Below, piece after piece: positions 28,072 to 36,948 of a DNA stretch of 64,000 nt; the first letter of the stretch is position 1; each line of letters starts with the position of its first letter. A model generated the notes under the pieces. It saw nothing but the letters and a program-made list of their open reading frames with translations, was not told where the DNA came from and searched no databases. The position numbers were made by a program, and so were the translations under genes. The stretch is taken from positions 128,196 through 192,195 of the forward strand of contig CAYFMS010000002.1 in the NCBI GenBank assembly GCA_964344415.1, given 5' to 3'. The DNA is from an uncultured Gammaproteobacteria bacterium. GTDB taxonomy: Bacteria > Patescibacteriota > Patescibacteriia > UBA9934.

Positions 28072-29371
28072 CATTTTATATGCGAGAGCGAAGAGATATG
28101 TCGAGCTCTGCAGACCTATTGTTATTGCGGTAACGGGATCTCATGGGAAAACAACGACGAAAAATGCCATTGCCGCAGCGGCGCATGCCTTATATCCAAG
28201 TAGAAGTATTCGGCAGGCAAAAAAAAGTTTCAATAATGAATTCGGTGTTCCGCTCTCTATTCTTGGTGAAGAGAGTCCGGGTAGGTCTATTTTTGGATGG
28301 CTCGGATTGCTATGGCGCTTATTTCGATTAAATGCGAAGGATTGCCCCGAGGTGCTGATTCTTGAGTATGGAGCTGACCGACCGGGTGAAATTGAGCATT
28401 GGTGCAAATTAGCTGCACCTGATATTGGAGTGATTACGGGGGTTTCAGCGGTGCATGCAGCGAATTATCCAGGTGGAATCAGCGATGTGATTCAGGAGAA
28501 ATCCACTCTTGCAAAGTATACAAAGCAGGTACTTGTTTTGAATGGCGACGATGCTGAGGTCGAGAAGATGAAATCTCATGCGGGTGAACATGTCAAAACA
28601 GTTTTTTATGGTGAGAAGAGTAATAATCTTTCATTTTCGATGAATATTGAAATGGCAGATGATGGAAGCTTTGATGCAGGTGAAACATTCATGGTCACAA
28701 GGGCAGAGCTTGGCGGAGGTATTGGGCAAGGTCATGAAATGCATCTTCGCAATTTGATCGGCTATGCGCCGGTGATGTCCTCGCTTGCTGCCATTCTTGC
28801 CGTGAATGCTCTTGCCGAGATTTCTGATAGACAAACAACATTGCAAGAAATCATTATATCGATTGAGGATCGATTCGGGCCAACACCGGGCCGACTCCGC
28901 CCAATCGCTGGAATCAAAAAATCCTTGATTATTGACGATTCATACAATGCAGCACCTGCAGCCATGGTGAATGGTTTGCATGTACTCCAGAGTATTCCCG
29001 TGCAGGATGAGGGGCGTCGAATTGCTGTACTCGGAAAAATGGCAGAATTAGGGGAGGAATCAGAGCAAGCTCATTATGATATTGGAAAAACAGTTGCGGA
29101 GATAGCAGATACATTCATTGCTGTTGGTGAAGAAATGAAAACAGCAAAAGGGTCCGCCATGCAATTTGGCATGAATACGGATTCGATTGAATGGTTTGCA
29201 ACATCTGAAGAGGCTGGGAGGTATTTAGACAATTATATTCAGCGGGGCGACATTATTTATGTGAAAGGGTCTCAGTCAGCCCGAATGGAAAAAGTGGTGA
29301 AAGATATTATGGCCGATCCACTGAAAGCTGTCGATCTTTTGGTTCGACAAGAGAAAATATGGCTCAATTAG
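28046..29371 (+). CDS. murF: Mur ligase (UDP-MurNAc-tripeptide--D-Ala-D-Ala ligase-like)
   Basis: AVTGSHGKTTTK and DDSYNAAP motifs. The start is ambiguous. Confidence 0.75.
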   Translation: MNMRTLLINILYARAKRYVELCRPIVIAVTGSHGKTTTKNAIAAAAHALYPSRSIRQAKKSFNNEFGVPLSILGEESPGRSIFGWLGLLWRLFRLNAKDCPEVLILEYGADRPGEIEHWCKLAAPDIGVITGVSAVHAANYPGGISDVIQEKSTLAKYTKQVLVLNGDDAEVEKMKSHAGEHVKTVFYGEKSNNLSFSMNIEMADDGSFDAGETFMVTRAELGGGIGQGHEMHLRNLIGYAPVMSSLAAILAVNALAEISDRQTTLQEIIISIEDRFGPTPGRLRPIAGIKKSLIIDDSYNAAPAAMVNGLHVLQSIPVQDEGRRIAVLGKMAELGEESEQAHYDIGKTVAEIADTFIAVGEEMKTAKGSAMQFGMNTDSIEWFATSEEAGRYLDNYIQRGDIIYVKGSQSARMEKVVKDIMADPLKAVDLLVRQEKIWLN

Positions 29372-29388
29372 CCGAGCATTGACCAAAC

Positions 29389-29445
29389 TTATCCACAGTC
29401 AATGCCCGACTTAGATGTGGATAAGTCGGGAAGGGGATTTGAGGT
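29389..29445 (+). promoter_or_regulatory. nested palindrome containing inverted DnaA-box sequences (cttatccaca / tgtggataag)
   Basis: Sequence acTTATCCACAgtcaatgCCCGACTTAgatgTGGATAAGTCGGGaaggg. It lies between murF and the GC-rich island. Confidence 0.5.
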
Positions 29446-29493
29446 TTTGATGTAGGGTAAAATGGCATCTACGCTACGTGTAAGGAGGATACG

Positions 29494-30291
29494 ATGCAAT
29501 ATAAGCCCGAAATGCTTCGTGCTGCAGAGGTCGTCCTTCGCGGCGGCTGTGCTGAGCTCTCATATGACTTCATGTCCACGGTTGAGTCGTTGTACCCAAT
29601 TTTCGAAACGAGAGACTCGCTGGACGATCATCTACATACACTGCTTCAAGTCGACAGAAGCAAGGACGGAAAGGATCCAGACGATGGATTCATCGTCCGT
29701 GACCAGAAAATGCGGAATCACATCGGAGAGCTTTACGATCCGAAAGACGTGTTCATGTACCGGCCTGATCTTTGGTCGCGTCACTACTGCGACACCCTGC
29801 CACCACGTGTGCTCGACAGATTGCGGTCGTATTGGAATCCGTTGCGTACGGTCCATGGGAAATGTGACAGGATTCACCGTGAATTCTGTCTAGCTCTTGG
29901 TGAGGTTTCTGGAGAGCGGGAGCTTTTCGACCAACTGTCTCACAGGGATCATTCCGAGTTTGCTGGTTCAAAGCTTCGACTGCTCCGTTACCGCGAGCCG
30001 CGAGAGACGGATCCAGCAAAGGTCGGAAAATTCCACACCGACCGATGCGCGATCACGTATCACTTGGCTCAAAATCATCCTGGACTCGTTGGTCCAGACA
30101 ATGAGCTGGTAGATGTTCGACCTGACAAGATCCGTATTTTCCCATCTGATCAGCTGCAAGTTGTGACGAGTGGAAGGATTCCGGCATGGCGTCATGGCGC
30201 AAGGTATGTCGAACCATACCCGCCCGGCGGGCGTCGCATGGCCGTGTACTTCGCTAGGTTCTTCAAGGGCCAGAACGACAGAGGTATCTGA
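29494..30291 (+). CDS. 2OG-Fe(II) oxygenase superfamily protein on a high-GC (~57%) island
   Basis: SD aaggagg upstream. Contains LRLLRYRE...FHTDRCAITYHLAQ...GLVG...WRHGARY, which is an IPNS-like HxD...H pattern. Overlapping ORFs here are GC artefacts. Confidence 0.55.
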   Translation: MQYKPEMLRAAEVVLRGGCAELSYDFMSTVESLYPIFETRDSLDDHLHTLLQVDRSKDGKDPDDGFIVRDQKMRNHIGELYDPKDVFMYRPDLWSRHYCDTLPPRVLDRLRSYWNPLRTVHGKCDRIHREFCLALGEVSGERELFDQLSHRDHSEFAGSKLRLLRYREPRETDPAKVGKFHTDRCAITYHLAQNHPGLVGPDNELVDVRPDKIRIFPSDQLQVVTSGRIPAWRHGARYVEPYPPGGRRMAVYFARFFKGQNDRGI

Positions 30292-30326
30292 CACCTTTCT
30301 TCAAGAGGGGTGTTTTTATTTTGCCC

Positions 30327-30356
30327 TTGCATCGCATAGAATGAGTGGTCTATAAT
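30327..30356 (+). promoter_or_regulatory. sigma70-like promoter TTGCAT-N18-TATAAT
   Basis: Consensus -10 hexamer about 50 nt upstream of the riboflavin kinase ATG. Confidence 0.45.
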
Positions 30357-30409
30357 GACCAATTAGTCATTGCAAAATAGATGAAACCATGTAAGATATT
30401 CGAAATTCT

Positions 30410-30775
30410 ATGTTACTTGCACAATACAAAGGAATTGTTGTCAAAGGAGAGGGTATTGCGGGTATTGAGTATTCAACACCCACAGCGAATCTCGACTTAG
30501 GCAAAATCGCACTTGAGCATGGTATTTATGCTGCGAGGACAGTTTATGACGGAGATACATACAATAGCGCTGTTTGCTATGGTGCTGATGGGAAGTATAA
30601 ATTTGAAGTTCATTTGCTGAATTTTGACAAAGATATTTACGGTGAGGAATTAGAAGTGACTGTTATTGAGAAGATCAGTGAAGTCATCCCATGGGTTTCG
30701 AAAGAGCGGATGCGTCAAAAAATTCTAGATGATTTGCATCAAATTAGAGAGTATTTCAAAAAAAGAGCCGTGTAG
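30410..30775 (+). CDS. riboflavin kinase (stand-alone RFK domain)
   Basis: Motifs GEGIAGIEYSTPTANL and E.H...F..DIYGEELEV. Confidence 0.65.
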   Translation: MLLAQYKGIVVKGEGIAGIEYSTPTANLDLGKIALEHGIYAARTVYDGDTYNSAVCYGADGKYKFEVHLLNFDKDIYGEELEVTVIEKISEVIPWVSKERMRQKILDDLHQIREYFKKRAV

Positions 30776-30783
30776 GCTCTTTT

Positions 30784-32079
30784 TTATTTCCCGGTCACGA
30801 TTTCTACCATTTTTTCAATTCGTCGCTTGTCAGCAAGTAATTTTGATCGACTCTTATTAAAGAGAATCACATTGAATACGGATTTACCACCATGTTTTGA
30901 GAATCGGACCATGTCGCCAATCTTTTTGTTGATATCAATACTCACAAAAGAATCAATTTCCCGAATTTTCTTTACCCCCTTCATTTTCTTAATTCGACCC
31001 TCTTTTTTCGGATAGTATTTCAGAACGGCCGAATAGCCTTTTCTCCGTCTTGGGATCTGTAGCTTCTCAGGGATGCGAATCAAGACATCATTGAGTGAAT
31101 GATTAATGCCAAATGACATTTCATAAAATTTATGTCTGAATCCACCAATACGGGCACCAATTTCAATAATTTTCCAGCCTGTTTCCGTTCGCATTAATTC
31201 AGTATGTGCTGTTGTACTTCGAAGGCCAAGCGCATGAATGCCTTTTTCGGCCGTTTCTTTGAGAGCCTTCAATGTTGATGCGCTCAGTGTTGTCGGAGTA
31301 ATTTGGAAATAATTGAAGAAATCATCAATCCCAATGTCCTGACCTGTTTTTACGGCAACAACGGGGCAATGGAAGACTTTTCCTCGTGATGAGACATATG
31401 AATCGATTGAATACATATCTCCCTCCATGAATTCTTCTACCAATACTTTGGCTTCATCATCTAATTTTCGTTCACGATAATGTTTCTTGATTTTTCTAAA
31501 TGTCTTTCGAAGTGTCGATTCGAGCTCATCGCGATGATAGCAAATGGTTACGAGTAGACTCTGAGCTAGTCCAGCGGGTTTTACAACACATGGATAATTA
31601 ATCTTCCGCTCAATTTTCTTAATCGATTCAATTCCGCTATCTGAAACAAGCGTGTACTTCGGAGTAATAGATTTATCATAAGCAGAAAAGCGGCGGCGCA
31701 TTTGCGTCTTGTCGATTGCCCAGGCGACAGAATCTGCCGTTGGCGTTCGAAGATAGGGGACATTTGGAATAATTTTTTTGAATGAACCCATATGCGCCTC
31801 ACTTCTACATGTGACGGCAAGCAATCGATTCTCATATGGCTTCAATGCCTTTCGAATATCTGAATGAGAATTGAGTTTTGCTTTTATGACAAGGTCAAAT
31901 CGGTCATTTAGCTTATCGGTAAACTTCTTTTTTCTCTTACTGTCGACAATAACAGCGAAGACGATATCTCTTTTTTGAGCAGCAAAAACATCGCGCAATT
32001 CCTCAATTGCATAATCTGGTGCTGTTTGGACATAGAGAATCATGTCTCGTCCTTGTTTCCAGTTTTTACTCCTCGCCAT
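30784..32079 (-). CDS. ATP-grasp domain protein (carboxylate-amine ligase-like)
   Basis: YPCVVKPAG, EEFMEGDMYSID, and IEIGARIGG motifs. There is a 150-aa N-terminal extension. Confidence 0.6.
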   Translation of the reverse strand: MARSKNWKQGRDMILYVQTAPDYAIEELRDVFAAQKRDIVFAVIVDSKRKKKFTDKLNDRFDLVIKAKLNSHSDIRKALKPYENRLLAVTCRSEAHMGSFKKIIPNVPYLRTPTADSVAWAIDKTQMRRRFSAYDKSITPKYTLVSDSGIESIKKIERKINYPCVVKPAGLAQSLLVTICYHRDELESTLRKTFRKIKKHYRERKLDDEAKVLVEEFMEGDMYSIDSYVSSRGKVFHCPVVAVKTGQDIGIDDFFNYFQITPTTLSASTLKALKETAEKGIHALGLRSTTAHTELMRTETGWKIIEIGARIGGFRHKFYEMSFGINHSLNDVLIRIPEKLQIPRRRKGYSAVLKYYPKKEGRIKKMKGVKKIREIDSFVSIDINKKIGDMVRFSKHGGKSVFNVILFNKSRSKLLADKRRIEKMVEIVTGK

Positions 32080-32098
32080 ATGCGCAAATAGTATTTGG

Positions 32099-33133
32099 TT
32101 AATGCGTCGCGGTCAATAGCCGCTCTTCGTCATTAGAATAAGAATGCAAAATCTGATCAAGAAGATTGAAAACCTCATTTTTGGTCGTCGCTGTCATGAG
32201 TGGCTGTTTGAATGATTTGAAATGAGGGATTCCTTTAAAATACCATGAAAGGTGTTTGCGGAATGTTCGGACTCCTTTTTCGCCATATTGCTCCGTATGT
32301 AAATCCAAGTGCCGCTTCACAACGCGAATTCTTTCTTCCATTGTGACTTCAATCGGTTCTTCACCGGCGAGACGCTGTTCAATCTGTTTGAATATCCATG
32401 GATTACCAAGTGCGCCGCGCGCAATGAGCACACCGTCGCATTTCGTGTATTCAATTGCTTCAAAGAAATCTTCATGCGTAAAGATGTCGCCATTATACAG
32501 TACGGGAACAGAAACGGCTTCTTTGACAGCTTTAACAACATTACGATTCGAAAGGCCAGCATAGCCCTGTTCCTTTGTGCGTCCATGGACGGTGATGAGG
32601 TCAGCTCCGGCCGCTTCCATTTTTTTTGCAAAAGAAATGCATTCATCATGCTTCGACCAGCCAGCTCGCATTTTGACAGAAATTGGCGCATTGACGGCCG
32701 CTTTCATTTTTTTAACGATTTCCGTTGCGAGCTCTGCATCTTTCATCAATGCTGATCCATTGAAATTCGATGTAATTTTATAAACGGGGCATCCCATATT
32801 GATATCAATCCCTTCAGGGTGATGTCCTTCTTCGACAATAGCAGCAGATGCAGCCATTGTTTCTGGATTGGCTCCAAAAATTTGCTGGACAAGAGGTCGC
32901 TCTTCCGGATGAATGTCTGTCATTTCCATCGTTTTATCATTCCCGCGTACAACAGCCTCAGAAGAAACCATTTCACGAAAAACAATCGGAGAAGCGATTT
33001 CCTTCACGACACGACAAAAAGCCGAATCAGTCATATCGGCCATTGGAGATAGGGCCACGATGGGCCGTTTTGTCGTCTTCCAATCAATATACATAGAAGC
33101 GGTGATTCTGACAGAAAATAAGCGAATTGTCAA
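32099..33133 (-). CDS. dus: tRNA-dihydrouridine synthase
   Basis: ALSPMADMTD, DINMGCP, and VKMRAGW motifs. The start is possibly internal (MYIDW...). Confidence 0.8.
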   Translation of the reverse strand: MTIRLFSVRITASMYIDWKTTKRPIVALSPMADMTDSAFCRVVKEIASPIVFREMVSSEAVVRGNDKTMEMTDIHPEERPLVQQIFGANPETMAASAAIVEEGHHPEGIDINMGCPVYKITSNFNGSALMKDAELATEIVKKMKAAVNAPISVKMRAGWSKHDECISFAKKMEAAGADLITVHGRTKEQGYAGLSNRNVVKAVKEAVSVPVLYNGDIFTHEDFFEAIEYTKCDGVLIARGALGNPWIFKQIEQRLAGEEPIEVTMEERIRVVKRHLDLHTEQYGEKGVRTFRKHLSWYFKGIPHFKSFKQPLMTATTKNEVFNLLDQILHSYSNDEERLLTATH

Positions 33134-33163
33134 TATAAGTATAAGGGTTTAGAATACTCGTAT

Positions 33164-33544
33164 ATGAAATTATCTTCGACAACATCAATGCTACTTCTTG
33201 CTGGCGGAATTATCGCCCTTCTTATCGGTGCTGCTATTTGGCGCAGTGCTGGTCCATCTAAATATGACGGTTTTGCGCAGTGTCTTGCGGAAAAGGATGC
33301 CTTTGTATATGAGGCATGGTGGTGCAGTGCATGTACGCAGCAAAAAGACTTATTCGGTAGTGCTTGGCGACATGTTCCAAAGAAAGAATGTGCTCCAGCG
33401 GGGCAGAGTGGAAGTTTGTCGCTTTGTGCAGATGATAATATCACGGCGACGCCAACATGGCAGTACCCTGATGCATCAACGCGATCGGGCGTTCATCCAC
33501 TTTCAGAATTAGCAACAATTTATGGCTGCGAACTTCCTGAATAA
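33164..33544 (+). CDS. thioredoxin-like protein (VKOR partner, CxxC)
   Basis: TM anchor and the motif WWCSACTQQK, with two further Cys residues. Confidence 0.5.
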   Translation: MKLSSTTSMLLLAGGIIALLIGAAIWRSAGPSKYDGFAQCLAEKDAFVYEAWWCSACTQQKDLFGSAWRHVPKKECAPAGQSGSLSLCADDNITATPTWQYPDASTRSGVHPLSELATIYGCELPE

Positions 33545-33989
33545 GATAAAGCGCGAAACGTTGATTGCGATTATTATTGCAGCAGCACTTGTTGGTGTTG
33601 TTGCGGCAAGTTATACGGCTTTGGCAAAGCTTGGGGCAGCATCTCATGAAGTATGTTCGGTGAGCGAGAGTTTTAACTGTGAAATTGTTAATACAAGTCA
33701 ATGGTCCGAAATCGCCGGAATTCCCGTTTCAGTTTTGGGATTGATCTCGTATGTTCTGTTCATTATCGGATCACTCATTGTTCTGAAAAAACCACAGGAG
33801 AATATCGAAACGCTTTTAGGCGCTTTGGCAATCGTAGGTTTGCTGTTCAGTCTTTATCTGACATCCATTGAGGCATTTGTTTTGCATGCTTGGTGCATGT
33901 TCTGTATTGCTTCACAAATTGCCATTCTTATTATCGCCGCGGCTGTTATGATGCTGCGGTATAAAGATTTCGGAGGAAAAAATGCTTAA
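33522..33989 (+). CDS. vitamin K epoxide reductase (VKOR) family membrane protein
   Basis: Loop Cys pair CSVSESFNC and the active site WCMFC in TM4. Confidence 0.6.
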   Translation: MAANFLNKIKRETLIAIIIAAALVGVVAASYTALAKLGAASHEVCSVSESFNCEIVNTSQWSEIAGIPVSVLGLISYVLFIIGSLIVLKKPQENIETLLGALAIVGLLFSLYLTSIEAFVLHAWCMFCIASQIAILIIAAAVMMLRYKDFGGKNA

Positions 33990-35343
33990 ATTATCATTTC
34001 ATGGCGCGGTTCGGGGGGTGACGGGATCTGCTCATCTTGTTGAAACCGAAATGGGAAAATTGCTTGTTGATTGCGGGATGCATCAAGGGGAGCGGCTTTG
34101 TAGTAAAACAAATCATGAAGAATTTGATTTCGACCCAGCAGAAATCGATGCCGTTCTGGTAACGCATGCACATTTTGATCACACTGGGCGTTTACCTCTT
34201 CTCATCAAGCGAGGATTTAAGGGGTCCATATACACGACACCACCAACAAAGGCATTGATGCATTATATTTTGGAAGACGCGCTTCGGATTATGCAATACA
34301 ATGCTCAGAAATGCGGGGATGATATTTTATATTCCGGCGATGATTTGCAGGAAATGATGTCACGCGTAAAGGGGATTGGTTATCACACGGAATTTGAAGC
34401 GGCGCCGAAAATGCATGTCATGTTTCATGATGCTGGTCATATTTTAGGTTCAGCATTTATATCGGTGAAGACTCCTGAAAAGAAAATCGTATTCAGTGGT
34501 GATCTTGGAAATGATGATGTACCGATTCTCCCAGACACGGAGTATATTGAGCAGGCAGATTTTATCGTCTGTGAATCAACATATGGAGATAAGGATCATA
34601 ATCCGTCCAGTGAGAGAAAAGAGCAATTATTGCAGGATGTCATGAAAATTACTGGTCGTGGCGGCACAGTCATCATTCCCGCTTTTTCCATCGAGCGGAC
34701 ACAGGAGCTTCTTTATTTGCTTGATGAATTGGTCGATGAGGGGTCCTTGCCGGATATTCCCGTATTTTTAGACAGTCCACTTGCGATTCATGCGACGGAG
34801 GTGTATGAAAAATACAAAAATTATCTTCGTTTTGATCGGTCAACGAATGAGAGTAAGGATGGAGACTTTTTCTCTTTTCGAAATTTGCATATTACATTGA
34901 GAGTTGAGGATTCGAAAAATATTAATCAGCATAAGGGTCCAAAAGTTATCATTGCCGGAAGTGGAATGATGACGGGAGGACGTGTTCTGCATCATTTGAA
35001 ACGTTATCTACCAGATCCAGATAGCGGAGTCATTATTATCGGTTACCAAGCTCAGCATACGCTTGGTCGGAAGATTCAGGACGGGGCGCATCAAGTTGTG
35101 ATTCATCGAGAAACGGTGCCTGTGCATGCCGAGATTTTTGAAATTGAGTCATTTTCTGCACATGCGGGTAGATCGAAATTGGCAAAATGGGTGCAGCCAA
35201 GATCGGGCCCAGCTGAAAAAATATTTTTAGTGCATGGCGATTTAGAGGTGCGTCCGCAGCTTAAAGATTTTATGAAAAAAAATGGAGTTGAGAGCACGAT
35301 TATTTTGCCAGGATTTCAGCAAGAATTTGAATTGGATTTTTAA
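33982..35343 (+). CDS. MBL-fold beta-CASP ribonuclease
   Basis: THAHFDHTG motif and C-terminal beta-CASP motifs. Confidence 0.7.
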   Translation: MLKLSFHGAVRGVTGSAHLVETEMGKLLVDCGMHQGERLCSKTNHEEFDFDPAEIDAVLVTHAHFDHTGRLPLLIKRGFKGSIYTTPPTKALMHYILEDALRIMQYNAQKCGDDILYSGDDLQEMMSRVKGIGYHTEFEAAPKMHVMFHDAGHILGSAFISVKTPEKKIVFSGDLGNDDVPILPDTEYIEQADFIVCESTYGDKDHNPSSERKEQLLQDVMKITGRGGTVIIPAFSIERTQELLYLLDELVDEGSLPDIPVFLDSPLAIHATEVYEKYKNYLRFDRSTNESKDGDFFSFRNLHITLRVEDSKNINQHKGPKVIIAGSGMMTGGRVLHHLKRYLPDPDSGVIIIGYQAQHTLGRKIQDGAHQVVIHRETVPVHAEIFEIESFSAHAGRSKLAKWVQPRSGPAEKIFLVHGDLEVRPQLKDFMKKNGVESTIILPGFQQEFELDF

Positions 35344-35372
35344 TAAAAAAAGCGGGTTCGAAAACTCGCTTA

Positions 35373-35645
35373 TTACGCTATTCTCCTTTTGGTTTCCTCT
35401 GGGGGGAGTCCGCTTACTGGTTTTACTTGGATTGAGTAGGTCGTGATTTGGCCACTGAAGGCACATTTGTGTTCGTGACCGTGCACATGCCGAAGTATGA
35501 GTTCGGCATCCTCAGGAGTTGTTTGATATTCCTGATGTCCACTGGTTTGGGTGAGCTTTGTATAAACATGACAATTCTCACATGTCCCTTTCGCCCCAAA
35601 GAGTTGAACTGTGTCTGCCTTTTTCGATCTATAGAGTTCAAGCAT
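35373..35645 (-). CDS. small Cys/His-rich hypothetical protein
   Basis: SD ggaggg upstream. Starts MLELYRSKK and contains GTCENCH...HVHGHEHKC. The longer ORF 35373..35945 is probably a GC artefact. Confidence 0.4.
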   Translation of the reverse strand: MLELYRSKKADTVQLFGAKGTCENCHVYTKLTQTSGHQEYQTTPEDAELILRHVHGHEHKCAFSGQITTYSIQVKPVSGLPPEETKRRIA

Positions 35646-35977
35646 GTTTCCCTCCATATATGAAGCTAGCATAGATAGGGGGTTGTGCCAAATATCTTCT
35701 ATCACGTCATCTCGAGCCCTGCCTCTACCTGACGGTAGACAGGTGCAGGCAGGCACGGCTGGGATTTCGCTGCCCGAATCTGCCGCCACCTGTGAGACTG
35801 TCACACTGCATGCGGCAAGAGCGAGGAATTGCAAAACAGCCGAATGAAATGAACAATGAATTGTCCTTTCGGAAAATAAAGACATTTCCGTTCTCTGTTT
35901 TGCCCAGCTCAGCTGGGTTTGCCCGAGCGATGACGCTCTATGCATGTGACAAAGCGAGCACTGGCGGCGTTCTTTTG

Positions 35978-36003
35978 CTTACTTTTCTTTAAAGAAAAGT
36001 AAG
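35978..36003. repeat. perfect 26-bp palindrome cttacttttctttaaagaaaagtaag
   Basis: 13 plus 13 perfect inverted repeat in a GC-rich non-coding region. Confidence 0.8.
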
Positions 36004-36099
36004 AAGAAAAACAAGGGATGCCGGATCGAGTCCGGCATGACGGTTGCTGATGGATTCCGGCTCGGAGGCCAGAATGACGATCACGGATTGAAGCCGTAA

Positions 36100-36390
36100 C
36101 TCGTGACCTTGATCGAAATCCTGAGCCTGTCGAAGGATCTATTCCCGCCTTTGCTCTTCCCCCCTTCGCTCGGCTAGCCGAGCTTCGGAGGGACATGTAG
36201 AGCTACAGCGGACATGTATGCCCGGAATGACGCGAAGCTCCTAAAATCTCCTTTCAATCTCATTTATCTCCTCCACATAAATCCGTATATTCGTACTATC
36301 CGTAAATCTGTAACGGTGACCCCACAAGCTACGAGCTAAAACCTACAACCTAAAATTCGTGCTATCCGTAAATCAGTAACGACACCCTAA
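36100..36390 (+). repeat. mosaic intergenic repeat element, copy E (M3-M4-M5 plus internal tandem)
   Basis: gatcgaaatcctgagcctgtcgaaggatct, ctcctaaaatctcctttcaatctc, and two cgtactatccgtaaatctgtaacg-like units. Confidence 0.7.
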
Positions 36391-36938
36391 TCACTCAAAA
36401 TATTTAAATAGAAATCAGCTGAACTTGATGATTCGGGGACGAGCGGGTCAATTGGGTAAAAGGTTTGATCAATCGTATCAATGTGTATGTTCTTATGCTG
36501 ATGTCCAATAGCTTCATCCTCGGCATATAAATCAAAAATGCTTTCTTTACTCATCGCATGCACATCCATTTCATCGAGCCAGCTATAATGAACAATGCTT
36601 ACGATCCCTTGACTGGATACACGAAGATCTCGTACATGTGTATTTAAATCACCATTCACGACAATGCGCCCTTGCACAAGTGAAATAGCTTCTTCGCCAT
36701 CAAGTGTATTCACAAGCTCAACTTCTGTATTCCTATCAAGATGAACGAAGGACCCTCCAATCTCGAAATCTGAAAACGCATCTCCGGAAGCGATGACTTC
36801 GCCGCGATGATATTCCCGTCCCTCAACAAAAATGCTCGGATGCGACACATTGTTTGAAAGGGAATTATGTATGAGGACGGATGTGGAAATGACAGCAATG
36901 GCTGTGATGATTATGCTAAGATGAATACGATTATTCAT
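36387..36938 (-). CDS. membrane-anchored hypothetical protein (FecR-like beta-rich domain?)
   Basis: N-terminal TM helix. The family call is tentative. Confidence 0.4.
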   Translation of the reverse strand: MNNRIHLSIIITAIAVISTSVLIHNSLSNNVSHPSIFVEGREYHRGEVIASGDAFSDFEIGGSFVHLDRNTEVELVNTLDGEEAISLVQGRIVVNGDLNTHVRDLRVSSQGIVSIVHYSWLDEMDVHAMSKESIFDLYAEDEAIGHQHKNIHIDTIDQTFYPIDPLVPESSSSADFYLNILSD

Positions 36939-36948
36939 AAAAATAGAT

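Noticed and set aside
29462-30355. Five alternative ORFs on both strands across the 2OG-oxygenase island
   Set aside because: These are GC-driven artefacts. Only 29494..30291 has an SD and a recognisable domain.
35646-35945. Long form of the minus-strand ORF 35373..35945 (190 aa)
   Set aside because: The internal ATG at 35645 has a strong SD. The upstream 100 aa are low-complexity translation of GC-rich non-coding DNA.
35990-36100. Possible tmRNA, SRP RNA or RNase P RNA in the GC-rich stretch (T-arm-like gccggatcgagtccggc, agtccgg)
   Set aside because: I could not find the conserved tmRNA 5'/3' acceptor pairing, the SRP domain IV GGAAGG motif, or the RNase P P4 sequence. It is left as an unassigned structured region.
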